In this document: positions 10,674 through 19,171 of the stretch, one piece after another
Position numbering within the stretch: position 1 is the stretch's first letter
How the letters are laid out: every line of letters starts with the position of its first letter
From: Halocafeteria seosinensis
Taxonomy: Eukaryota
NCBI GenBank assembly: GCA_001687465.1
Contig: LVLI01000369.1
Span: 46,102 to 66,101 of the forward strand
Direction: 5' to 3'
Length of the DNA stretch: 20,000 nucleotides
Position numbers and translations under genes: made by a program
Notes under the pieces: model-generated
Databases searched by the model: none
Told to the model about the DNA's origin: nothing
What the model saw: the letters and a program-made list of their open reading frames with translations, nothing else

Positions 10674-10720
10674 TGTCTTTTGATTGTCCCACTTGTTCTT
10701 ATCATAAAGTATAAACAATA
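10674..10720. promoter_or_regulatory. 47-bp spacer between the divergent UFSP2 and ATG9 start codons; putative bidirectional promoter or overlapping 5' UTR region
   Basis: 34 of 47 bases are A/T. The left half is T-rich and the right half A-rich on the + strand, so each gene has an A-rich leader on its own sense strand. Both ATGs have A at -3 and G at +4. Confidence 0.5.
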
Positions 10721-13700
10721 ATGGATGAGTCCCTTATGCAAGAGCTGGCGCAAGTCCAGCAACAAACCCGTAATAATGAAGATAATAGAGGGTCTTCTCA
10801 TGAAGTTGAAGGACAGAATTCATCCTCTTCCCCCCTCTTTACAGAGCCCCATACACGGCGCCGAGACGAAACGACCGGGAACCAAGAGGAGGAAATATCA
10901 CCCTTAACTTCTGCTAGTGGGCACGAGTCCGGAGAGACCCATGAAGAGGTGCAACAAAGTCCACTTCACACGGACGAGGAAGTGGATATGGACCATGCTG
11001 CTCATAGTGGCTATAATAGAGGACCAGGGCACCGTCGTCCAGTATACGACACTTCTGCTGAAGCGAGGACGGGACGGCGTCAACGGCAACCGCAGCAGCG
11101 AGAGGGAAGGGGAGAAAAGAATGAGGAAGAGACGTGGCAGCAACAATTGCATCAAATGCGCAATCAACATAATCGTCGAAATAGGACGCCTCCACCAGCA
11201 AACAAGTCGAAGAACCGGCTCAAAATGATGCTCCCTTCGCGTGGTCGTTCCCACACAGCGCACCATCCATTGCGCACAGAAGATGATGATGAAGACGTAG
11301 CCAGTGGGAATGATATTGGGGACGGAACACTAGGAGATGATGGCGAGTCGGTGGCAAGTGGTGACTTTCCTGGTTCACCGGTACGTTTTATTATCATTTG
11401 GGTCGTTTCTACGGTGTGTGCAATGCTGATAGAAGTATATCTATTTGCAGGACGTTTGGGAGGAGATCCGACAAAACGCTACCGGGCGTCACGAAGTTGT
11501 GGATGTAGGACGAAAGGCCATGGACACTTTTAAGAGATGGGCGGGCAGATTTAAACCACTTAGGAAGTCTCGTCATAATCCTGTAAGATGGATGCATGAT
11601 TGGTTGTCTTCTACCTGTTTTATGTATCCATTGTTCATGCAGGATAAAGATAAAATTGGATCGGGCTTCGTTCCAAATTCCAACGAAGATTACTTTTATG
11701 CCACCCTGTACTGGTACTTTGACGAGAAGGGATTCGTGACGATAGTCACTTCACGTATTCTGAATTTATTGTACGTATGTGTCGCTTGCAGCTGCATTGC
11801 GACACCTTGCTTTGACCTTTTGATTGCACCCCAGTACCTTGACGTTCATACTGATGCTATCAGCGTTCCTGTTGGCTTTTGTAGACTGGGACTCTTTAAT
11901 GGAATGCCATGATGAGGAATCATGCAAAGTAAGCAAACGACGTTTGTTACCGCTACTCGTACCAATTACATTGATGCTCGATGACATCACCTTTACAGCA
12001 ATTCTCGGAGTATGTTAGATCCCCAGGAAAAATACATTCGAAAGCCTGGTTATCAGTGGTGGCGCTTTATAGCGCAATTTTTGGTGTTTACTGGCTGTGG
12101 TCATTTTTATCGATATTTCCGACAACCTGGGCTGCCTGGGGAATGCACTTGTTTTATCAGCGGCACTTGGATATCAGCGACAATGAACTTCAGACAATGG
12201 AGTGGCATCAAGTTATTGACTCTTGGGACCGTCTGCTCTGTGTTGCCCGTCTTCTGTCAGAAGAAAAGAAACGGAATGACTTGAAAGCTTCCACAGACCA
12301 AGCAAACTACAATGATAAATCCCTCCGACCACTCCTTCGAAATCTACAGGGTACAGACGTAAACAACCTAGCGGATGATGCGGCTGCTATCATGGAACTT
12401 GCATCTAGCGTTGGGCTGCAATTGCACTATGTCAATACAGGAGTAGACTTTGGCCTGCCAGTTCCTTCAGAGTGGCTTCTCAGGCCAACCGTAAATCCGT
12501 GGGCATCCTTCTTATACGCGGACAAGGATCAACCTCAGCAACCAAGACAGTCACCCCCCACAAATCAGAACGTTGATATCCGCTTTGTTGACTACGAAAG
12601 TGAAGACGAGAGAGAGTCCCAACTATTGACGGACAACCGTGAGAAGCCGCTCCAAGAGAGTCGTGCAAGCGATGACGACAAGAATGCCGAGACGGGCCAA
12701 GTGCCATTACATCCTCCGCAGGTGCAAAGAGAGAAGGGATTTTCTGACAAGAATGAAACCGAAGAGGGTCAAGCACCCCATCCCACTGGTAAAGATAACA
12801 ACAACCAGGAATTACTCACTGCTCATTATATAGCTTGCCGGCTAATGCGAAGGGATAACTATCTAATTGCCATGTTCAACGAAAGAATACTGGACACCCG
12901 GATCCCCTTCCCTCTTCCTTCTTTGGTAAGTGATCACTCATGGTTGAAGCAATAGCTTTGTGACTGACAGACTGCTGCTACTTTGCAGAAGAGCACCAAC
13001 GCCGGTGGATCAGCATCGTGCTCGTTATGTGGTTACACCATTCGATGGAAAAAGTATCGTTTACCCTTCACTCGTTACCTTGAATGGAGTATACATGTAG
13101 CGCTACTTTCGCGTCTGTTTAACCATAACTTCACGCTGCGGAAGGAACTCACGCGGAACCCTGGGCATTTTGCGCGTACTCTGCGGTTGATTGGTTTAGT
13201 TCAATTGCTGCTGGCGCCGTTCGCATTTCCATTTCTCTTCGTTTATTTTGCAATCAAACATATTGAAGATGTGCAAGCTGGGCGATCCAAAGGCAATTAT
13301 TTGGGGCCAAGAGCATGGTCACCCAGTGCCCTCTGGAAAATGCGAGAGTTCAATGAAGTTCCGCACATCTTCCGTCGAAGAATGTTTGCGGCTTTGCCTC
13401 ATGCCAGCAATTATATGCGCCAATTCCCTTCTCCAATGATGGCTGTGGTGGGCCGAGCAGTATCGTTTATGGCGGGTGCATTTCTCGCACTGCTGCTACT
13501 GGTATCACTAGTGGACGATGCACTGCCACTTCATGTTACATTGGCAAACCGGAATCTTTTGTGGTATATAGCGCTGCTTTCCGGAGTCGTAGCTGTGGGA
13601 CGTGGTCTCACTCCTGATCCTGAAGACAGCGTTCATGAACCGAGTGAAGCTATGGCACAATTGATTCCTTATACTCATTATCTACCTGATCACTGGAGAG

Positions 13701-14848
13701 GCAGATGTGGTACGTTTGGAGTGCGTCAGGAATTCGGCCGGATGTACGTGTATAGGATATACTTGTTCTCCCAAGAGCTGCTTTCGGTGCTACTTGTGCC
13801 CTTCGTCTTACTAGTAACTCTACCTGCGAGTTCACGGAAGATTTTAGACTTTGTGGAGAAGACTACAATCCATGTCCCTGAACTTGGCGCTGTTTGCAAG
13901 TACAGTTTATTCGAAGTGGATGATAGTGCTGTCGACGACGATGGTAGTGCTATGGGTGGGACCAGCACCATACAGGAAGTACCTGAAGATGAAGCGTCGG
14001 AAGTCCTCTCTGATGGCTCCGCAAAATCAAGTGGAGATGAATATGAAGCCGTGGAAGAAACATATCCCTATAGAGCAAAAACTTTGCACACGAGTGGAGG
14101 TAAACTTCAGAAGAGCGTCCTATCGTTTGCGGCGAACTACCCACGCTGGAATCACATTGTTCATAAAGAGAACTGGTTCACATCACCTCAAGAAGGGGAT
14201 CGAAGCATGCACAAGAGTGCTTGCGCTGCCTCAGGGTGCGGCACGTTCCTAAGTAAAGTGGAGCGACATACAGGGTATGCGCCTCCTGATACAGGCCACC
14301 GTTCTCCGGGAAGTCCAATATCTGCAACAGGTTATGGTGGATATGATGAAGAAGCACCACCCCCTCTGGAATCCTCCGATATCGGACGATCGCTCATGCG
14401 TTCACAGAACTTGGGAACCGGAATTGACGAAAGATCGGCCTCTATCAGGCAAGAAACATCGTTGATTGGGGCTTACATTTCATCCCGTTCAGGCATGCAA
14501 CGAAGAGGAGGTCGAAATACCGGCGCTCAATCTCTTAGTATGGAAAAACATGTGGGACATGGTCGCTTTTACAGAGGTCCACAAGCTGTCAATAGAGCAA
14601 GTTTGAGTAGAGGTCGTTCGGGTGCACAATCAGTTGAGCTAACCTCGGTTTACTCCGAAAAAAATAGATCCCAAGTTCGCGGTCGACCTCCAAGAGCTGA
14701 AACTGGGAACATTCCTTCCCTCTCTGCCTCTTATGGAAATGCTGTCCGACGTGGTAGCGCAGATAGGCCGAACGATCCGAAGATGGAGCTGAACCAGGAT
14801 TCTCGTCTTAGCTACGGTTCGTTCACAGAAGGTGCTGAAGAACACTAG
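10721..14848 (+). CDS. ATG9: Autophagy-related protein 9 (lipid scramblase); exons 10721-11380, 11451-11770, 11835-11928, 11999-12925, 12989-14848; about 1286 aa
   Basis: ATG9 motifs in the expected order: DYFYATLYWYFDEKGF, ILNLFTLTFILMLSAFLLAFVDW, LQTMEWHQV, LTAHYIACRLMRRDNYLIAMFNERILD, FTRYLEWSI, LGPRAWSPSALWKMREFNEVPHIFRRR, YTHYLPDHW, SQELLS, HVPELGAVCKYS, GKLQKSVLSFAANYPRW. Four GT-AG introns (70, 64, 70, 63 nt) give a 3861-nt CDS in continuous frame. Confidence 0.93.
11381..11450 (+). other. ATG9 intron 1 (70 nt, phase 0)
   Basis: GTACGT...TTTGCAG; joins ...FPGSP to DVWEE... Confidence 0.8.
11771..11834 (+). other. ATG9 intron 2 (64 nt, phase 2)
   Basis: GTACGT...CCCCAG; restores the conserved ILNLFTLTF. 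Confidence 0.88.
11929..11998 (+). other. ATG9 intron 3 (70 nt, phase 0)
   Basis: GTAAGC...TTTACAG; joins ...EESCK to QFSEYV... Confidence 0.85.
12926..12988 (+). other. ATG9 intron 4 (63 nt, phase 0)
   Basis: GTAAGT...ACTGAC (branch-like)...TTTGCAG; removes the in-frame TAG at 12953-12955. Confidence 0.85.
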
Positions 14849-15091
14849 TCTGTCGGTTTTGTACGGGGATTTCAAGGGGACGGAGAGTTCCACCATGTAT
14901 AAGAGCCTCTCGATAGCACGCTCTATGTTGCTGCGCTGGTTACAAGTACTCCGTTCACTTTGCCAAGAGGATATACTGTACTGGGAGTATTATTCCCCCG
15001 AGGAGAAGTTCCTATGCTAGTAACAATGCCTCAAATACCACAGGAAATCAGTTTGTTTTTCATTTGATAATTGGCACTCATAGACCCAGTG

Positions 15092-16846
15092 TTACTGATA
15101 AAGGTCAGATACACCTGTCTGTATCTGGTTGTCTTCCGTAATCCTACTAGTGAATTGTTCCGGCACAGGCAATTCTATCCAATCAGCCTCCTCTTCAGGC
15201 CCTTTGGGGAAAGAAATGTTCACCTCACTACACTTGCTGGTGACAATTTGAGTATCACGGCTCTGGTATGGAAGGAATACGACGAGTCCGTCGGTCTTGT
15301 CAACTGAGAGCGAGGGCACTTTTTGTACCTGCACCTGGCACCGCTGGCAGTCCACCAACTCACAAGAGGAGATCAATGTATCGCAGAGGATCTTGCACTT
15401 TTTGCATTTATTAATTTGCATCGCTTTGCACTTTCCGGAAAGTATAATGGTAGCATTTTCGCAGTCCGAAATGTATACCTCTTGCATGAGCTCCAAGTTG
15501 TCCATTCTAACAGGTTCTTCCAAGTCAACATGGTTTTCCACAAACCACCGCTTGCTCACCAACTCAGTGCGAGGGGGCTTTTTCGGCTTGGCTGCTTCAT
15601 TCTTCTTACGCTCTGTAGCAGCCTTTTGTTTCGTTTCTGAAACATGAGCTGGCTTGTCTTTCTGATTTTTCGTCTTCATGTCTTTCGTCACATGTCTTAG
15701 GCCCGCAGTCTTCCCAGAACTTTGATCTATAGTCTTCAGCTCTTCAAAGACATTGTGAACCGTGGGGGCGCCGGCTTCCGAAGATGACTTCGTAGGTGGT
15801 GGACGAGATCCAGCAGCAGCGTTAGCAGAAGTGGCGGTTGCAGTAGGCTGATGTTCAGTTGCGCTAGAGCCGTTAGGGTTCCATGTCAGCCCTGTCTTGA
15901 AATTGTCCTTCACGTACTGTAGCAAGTTCTTTAGCAACCCCTCGAAAGCTTTGCACCACTCGATGTGAGCGGTTTGTCTGCACAAAGTAAATAAATTCCA
16001 AGGGTCGAAAGACATCAGACAATACGGTCGATGTGCTATACGTACCCCTTGAAGTTCTTCTTGATTCGATTGAGCGAGAATACCGCTGCGTCCTGGTAGC
16101 TCTCCACAACTTGGTGGGGAAGAGAATCCTGCAACCGCTTGACATAGTCCTTCAGAAGGACAGTATCGTTCCAAAAATTCCACTACTCTGACATACCGTG
16201 ATTACCCACTGCGCAACCTGAATTCCATCAGAGACTGCCGTAGCATGAGATTCGAGCTCTTTGCCTTTGTAGTTGAACTTTGCATCATCAGCTTTCTTTT
16301 TGGCATTTTGCAGCCCCTTGATCAGCGACGGCTGTAACACACTTCGGCAATGTCATTGAAAAGAAGGCAGGCCATAGCTGTGCCAAAATCACGTACCAGG
16401 TCGGATTGCGCTGGCTTCTTGCATTTAGCCGACAGTTCCAAGAACTTCACCTGTTCTTGGAAGACGTCTCTCACAGTTTGCATCTGCAGATTCCGGTACG
16501 GTACACACGCATAGAACACAGTCAGTACACTCGGAAATTGCGCCCATCTCACGATATACAGTTAAGGAACATGAGGATCCGTGCGTGGACACAGTTGAAG
16601 TTGTCAGGAGCCGCAACGTACCAATGCCTGGATCTCCTGTCCAATCTCATTGGCTGCTTTTTCCATGTCTTCCATTTTGTTTAGGACCGTCTCCTGGAAG
16701 GTGGTCACTCGCTTAGGGGTGCCCTCGCCACTGTCGGCGGCATCATCGTCGCCAGCGCCGCCGCCGACTTTGCCCTCCAAAGCTGTCATTCTCTGGTCCA
16801 ACCGCTCCAAGAGCGAGATGATTTTGTTCATGTTGGCGTCCGTCAT
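15092..16846 (-). CDS. CAP1: Adenylyl cyclase-associated protein (CAP/Srv2), an actin regulator; exons 16846-16622, 16483-16397, 16331-16197, 16128-16046, 15977-15092; about 471 aa
   Basis: N-terminal coiled coil LLERLDQRMTALE. Helical-domain motifs CKKP, HATAVSDGIQVAQWV, DAAVFSLNRIKKNFK and HIEWCKAF...LLQYVKDNFKTGLTWNP. WH2-like VFEEL...TAGLRHVTKDMKTKN. C-terminal CARP beta-helix KRWFVENH...VYISDC...GKCKAMQINKCKK...VPSLSVDKTDG...IVTSKCSEVNI...ELPVPEQF. Four GT-AG introns (138, 65, 68, 68 nt) give a 1416-nt CDS in frame. Confidence 0.93.
15978..16045 (-). other. CAP intron 4 (68 nt, phase 2)
   Basis: GTACGT...TGTGCAG; joins ...KNFKG to QTAHIEW... Confidence 0.88.
16129..16196 (-). other. CAP intron 3 (68 nt, phase 0)
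   Basis: GTATGT...TTGCAG; joins ...QWVIT to DSLPHQVV... Confidence 0.85.
16332..16396 (-). other. CAP intron 2 (65 nt, phase 0)
   Basis: GTACGT...TTACAG; joins ...AQSDL to PSLIK... Confidence 0.85.
16484..16621 (-). other. CAP intron 1 (138 nt, phase 0)
   Basis: GTACGT...TACTGAC...TCTGCAG; joins ...EIQAL to MQTVRDVF... Confidence 0.78.
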
Positions 16847-17178
16847 TGTGTCGTCTTCGTTGAATAAATTCCGTGGTTGCGCACGCAGGTCAGTAGAGTG
16901 TTCAGAGGTCAGTATTTCGGACTACTAGAGCTCCATACCATCACGTATACAGCTTGTTGACTTCCGCCGCGCGCTTCCATTGTTCTGCGGATGCAACAAT
17001 GTTTTCGTTCACTCTGAGGTGAACGAAAAGAATGTCCTTTCTAAGCAAGAATCGTCCATTGAGGGCAAGTGCATGATGTCTGGCAAGAAGACAGAGGCCA
17101 GCAGGATATTGATTGTGAGATATAGTGGAGTTATTGAACAAAGCGTGAAGTACCGGCAAAGATCCAGAAGACACGAAA
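16847..17178. promoter_or_regulatory. 332-bp divergent intergenic region between CAP and the lipoyl-KGD4 gene (putative shared promoter region)
   Basis: Positional inference only, from the head-to-head start codons; no specific motif recognised. Confidence 0.35.
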
Positions 17179-18084
17179 ATGTTAGTTAGACATAGCTGCA
17201 GACTTACAGCCAGGAGCTCGCGGAACCGCCTCGGAACATTACGAAGAGGTATAATCACGATATCTACGATAGATACAGCTCCATGCAGGAGATTTTCGAT
17301 ACCCACACACGGTGCTACATGTAACAGCTATAAACCTCCCCAGTTAGGTCGTACCCGGCTCTTCCACGCGACGCAACAGTCGCTCGAAGCTGTGACGATG
17401 AATGTACCTCAGATGGGTGATTCCATCACGGAAGGGACAATCAATGAAATTTTAAAGAAACCGGGTGAATATGTTCAACAAGACGAGGTGTTGGTGTCCA
17501 TTGAAACTGATAAGGTAAGTATGAGAGGATGCTACCCCGGTCGGTGAGAACATGATTAAAGTCTATTGCTGCAGGTTAATGTGGAGGTGCGCGCCGAACA
17601 TGCTGGAGTTATATCAGAGTATCATTGTCAAGAGGGAGATGACGTGGCGGTTGGATCAAAACTGGTTACTGTAGATACCAATGCTTCCAGTTCAGAAGCG
17701 AAACCGGCCGCTGATTCCTCGTCTGGTGCCAAGAAACAAGACACGGCTACGAGTGAACAAACATCTCCACCGCCGTCTTCTGAAGAAGCGAGTAAGATCT
17801 CAGCACCCAACGAGAGTACCTCCAGTCAACAGCAAAATCGAGGTCATACACCTCTAATTCAATTCCGCCATGGAAAGGAGAACCGGGAGAAACTACAACT
17901 AGAGAAGCCGGAGCACACATCTACCACGGCGGCACCAGCGCAAAGTTTTGAGAAGAGATTAGAAGAAAATTTCCCAAGCAAAGCTGACAAGAATCAGTTT
18001 GAACTTCCCTCTATGTATGGGCGTCCACCCATTTCAGACGAAGAAGCTGAAGCCATCGAACTCGGCATGCGAATAAATGAATAG
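17179..18084 (+). CDS. KGD4: Mitochondrial lipoyl-domain protein with Kgd4/MRPS36-like C-terminus (putative 2-oxoglutarate dehydrogenase complex adaptor); exons 17179-17514 and 17575-18084; 281 aa
   Basis: An Arg/Ser/Thr-rich, nearly acid-free presequence of about 70 aa ends at RLFHATQQ. A lipoyl domain follows: [11 protein letters not shown]...[33 protein letters not shown]...[11 protein letters not shown]. After an S/A/P/E linker come [10 protein letters not shown] and the terminal [22 protein letters not shown], which resemble the two conserved Kgd4/Ymr31/MRPS36 blocks. The intron is 60 nt, phase 0 (GTAAGT...TGCAG). The gene structure and lipoyl domain are solid; the KGD4 name rests on two short recalled motifs. 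Confidence 0.78.
17515..17574 (+). other. Intron of the lipoyl-KGD4 gene (60 nt, phase 0), immediately after the lipoyl-lysine codon
   Basis: GTAAGT...CTGCAG; restores IETDK-VNVEV, the canonical lipoylation hairpin, and removes an in-frame TGA. Confidence 0.9.
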
Positions 18085-18277
18085 GCTTAGCCGTTTTCGC
18101 ACAATTATGGTATTATAGTGTTTTACCCTATGAAGAGTCCATTTTACTGCTACGTCGTACCACTGTGTACCATATAGAAGCGTGTGTTTTTAAATGCATG
18201 AGTATGTTAGACCTGTGACAACATAACTGTGCAATGGGTATTACAGGGAAGCTTCACGCTACAGCTTGATTCCGGAG

Positions 18278-19171
18278 TCATCCTCGAAGGCTTGGGGATA
18301 AAATCTCATCAGAGTCTCGCATGCAGAACTTTGTATCCGAACCAGATATTACTGGTTGGTACGAACAGCCACTTTGCTTGCAAGGCTTCGAGGAGCCAGG
18401 GTTGTCAGTAAGCATCAGCGCATTCCCCGAAATACCTGCAAATATTCCATTAGGAAGGCACTGAAGGTTGTTCTTTCGAAGATCAAGAAGCACCAGGTCA
18501 GTTAACGTATTAAAAGTATTGATAGAAAGACTGCTACCCAGTGAGTCATTTCCCAACTGAAGCTTTTGGAGCTTAGGAGTATTGGTGAACAAATTGGAGG
18601 GAAGACTCTGGATTGGATTTAACGATAAGCAGAATGTCGTCAGCGGCGTTCCAGGAGAGAAGATACGGCTATCGACTGATTGTATTTGGTTGTCCTGTAG
18701 GAAGAGGGAATCGAGATGTGGCTTTTGCAAGAATGGTCCCTGCTTGAGTTCTTTGATAGCGTTGCCACTCAGATCGACCCAGCTTAGATTTGTATACCGA
18801 AAGGCCGAGCTTGGTATGTCTTTGATGTAATTGTCTCCAAAATCTACAACAGCCAGGCTCGGTAAGTTGCTCATGTCAGGAAGTTCCTCCAAGAGGTTCC
18901 TATGAAACGTGATTTTTACTACGCTTGAGCAATACGTGAACGCATTTTCTTCAATCTTTTGCATGTTACCGCCGAAAAAGTTAATCACTGTCGGATTTGA
19001 ACTGCCACAGCATCGCACGACCGTCAGTTGCCCGTTGGGTCCGACTGTACACTTGCAAGGTTTAGAGCCCCCGGAAAACTGTCCACAATCGTGGAGGGTA
19101 GCATCAACGGCTGGGAGGAGCAAGAGAAATAGCCCCATCATCATAGCTAAGTATGAGAACACGTTCAGCAT
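18278..19171 (-). CDS. Secreted leucine-rich repeat protein (signal peptide, Cys-rich N-cap, about 8-9 typical LRRs, Cys-containing C-cap); 297 aa
   Basis: Single ATG..TGA ORF. Hydrophobic leader MLNVFSYLAMMMGLFLLLLPAVDA, then DCGQ...PCKC...VVRCC. Repeats of 22-25 aa follow LxxLxLxxNxIxxLpxxxF (e.g. LSWVDLSGNAIKEL, LDSLFLQDNQIQSV, LVLLDLRKNNLQCLPNGIF). It ends with LTDNP...C...C...C. No transmembrane segment is seen. Confidence 0.85.
   Translation of the reverse strand: MLNVFSYLAMMMGLFLLLLPAVDATLHDCGQFSGGSKPCKCTVGPNGQLTVVRCCGSSNPTVINFFGGNMQKIEENAFTYCSSVVKITFHRNLLEELPDMSNLPSLAVVDFGDNYIKDIPSSAFRYTNLSWVDLSGNAIKELKQGPFLQKPHLDSLFLQDNQIQSVDSRIFSPGTPLTTFCLSLNPIQSLPSNLFTNTPKLQKLQLGNDSLGSSLSINTFNTLTDLVLLDLRKNNLQCLPNGIFAGISGNALMLTDNPGSSKPCKQSGCSYQPVISGSDTKFCMRDSDEILSPSLRG

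Noticed and set aside
10721..16846. Frameshifted pseudogenes suggested by fragmented ATG9 and CAP ORFs
   Set aside because: Every break is explained by a canonical short intron that restores the frame and conserved motifs.
16941..17306. Short ORFs (16941-17306 minus, 16980-17189 plus) in the CAP/KGD4 divergent spacer
   Set aside because: No homology cues, they overlap the start of the mitochondrial gene, and the plus ORF begins at TTG.
17179..18084. Full-length or pseudogenised dihydrolipoamide succinyltransferase (DLST/sucB)
   Set aside because: Only the lipoyl domain matches. No catalytic domain is encoded before the convergent LRR gene, and the ORF ends cleanly in a different conserved-looking motif.
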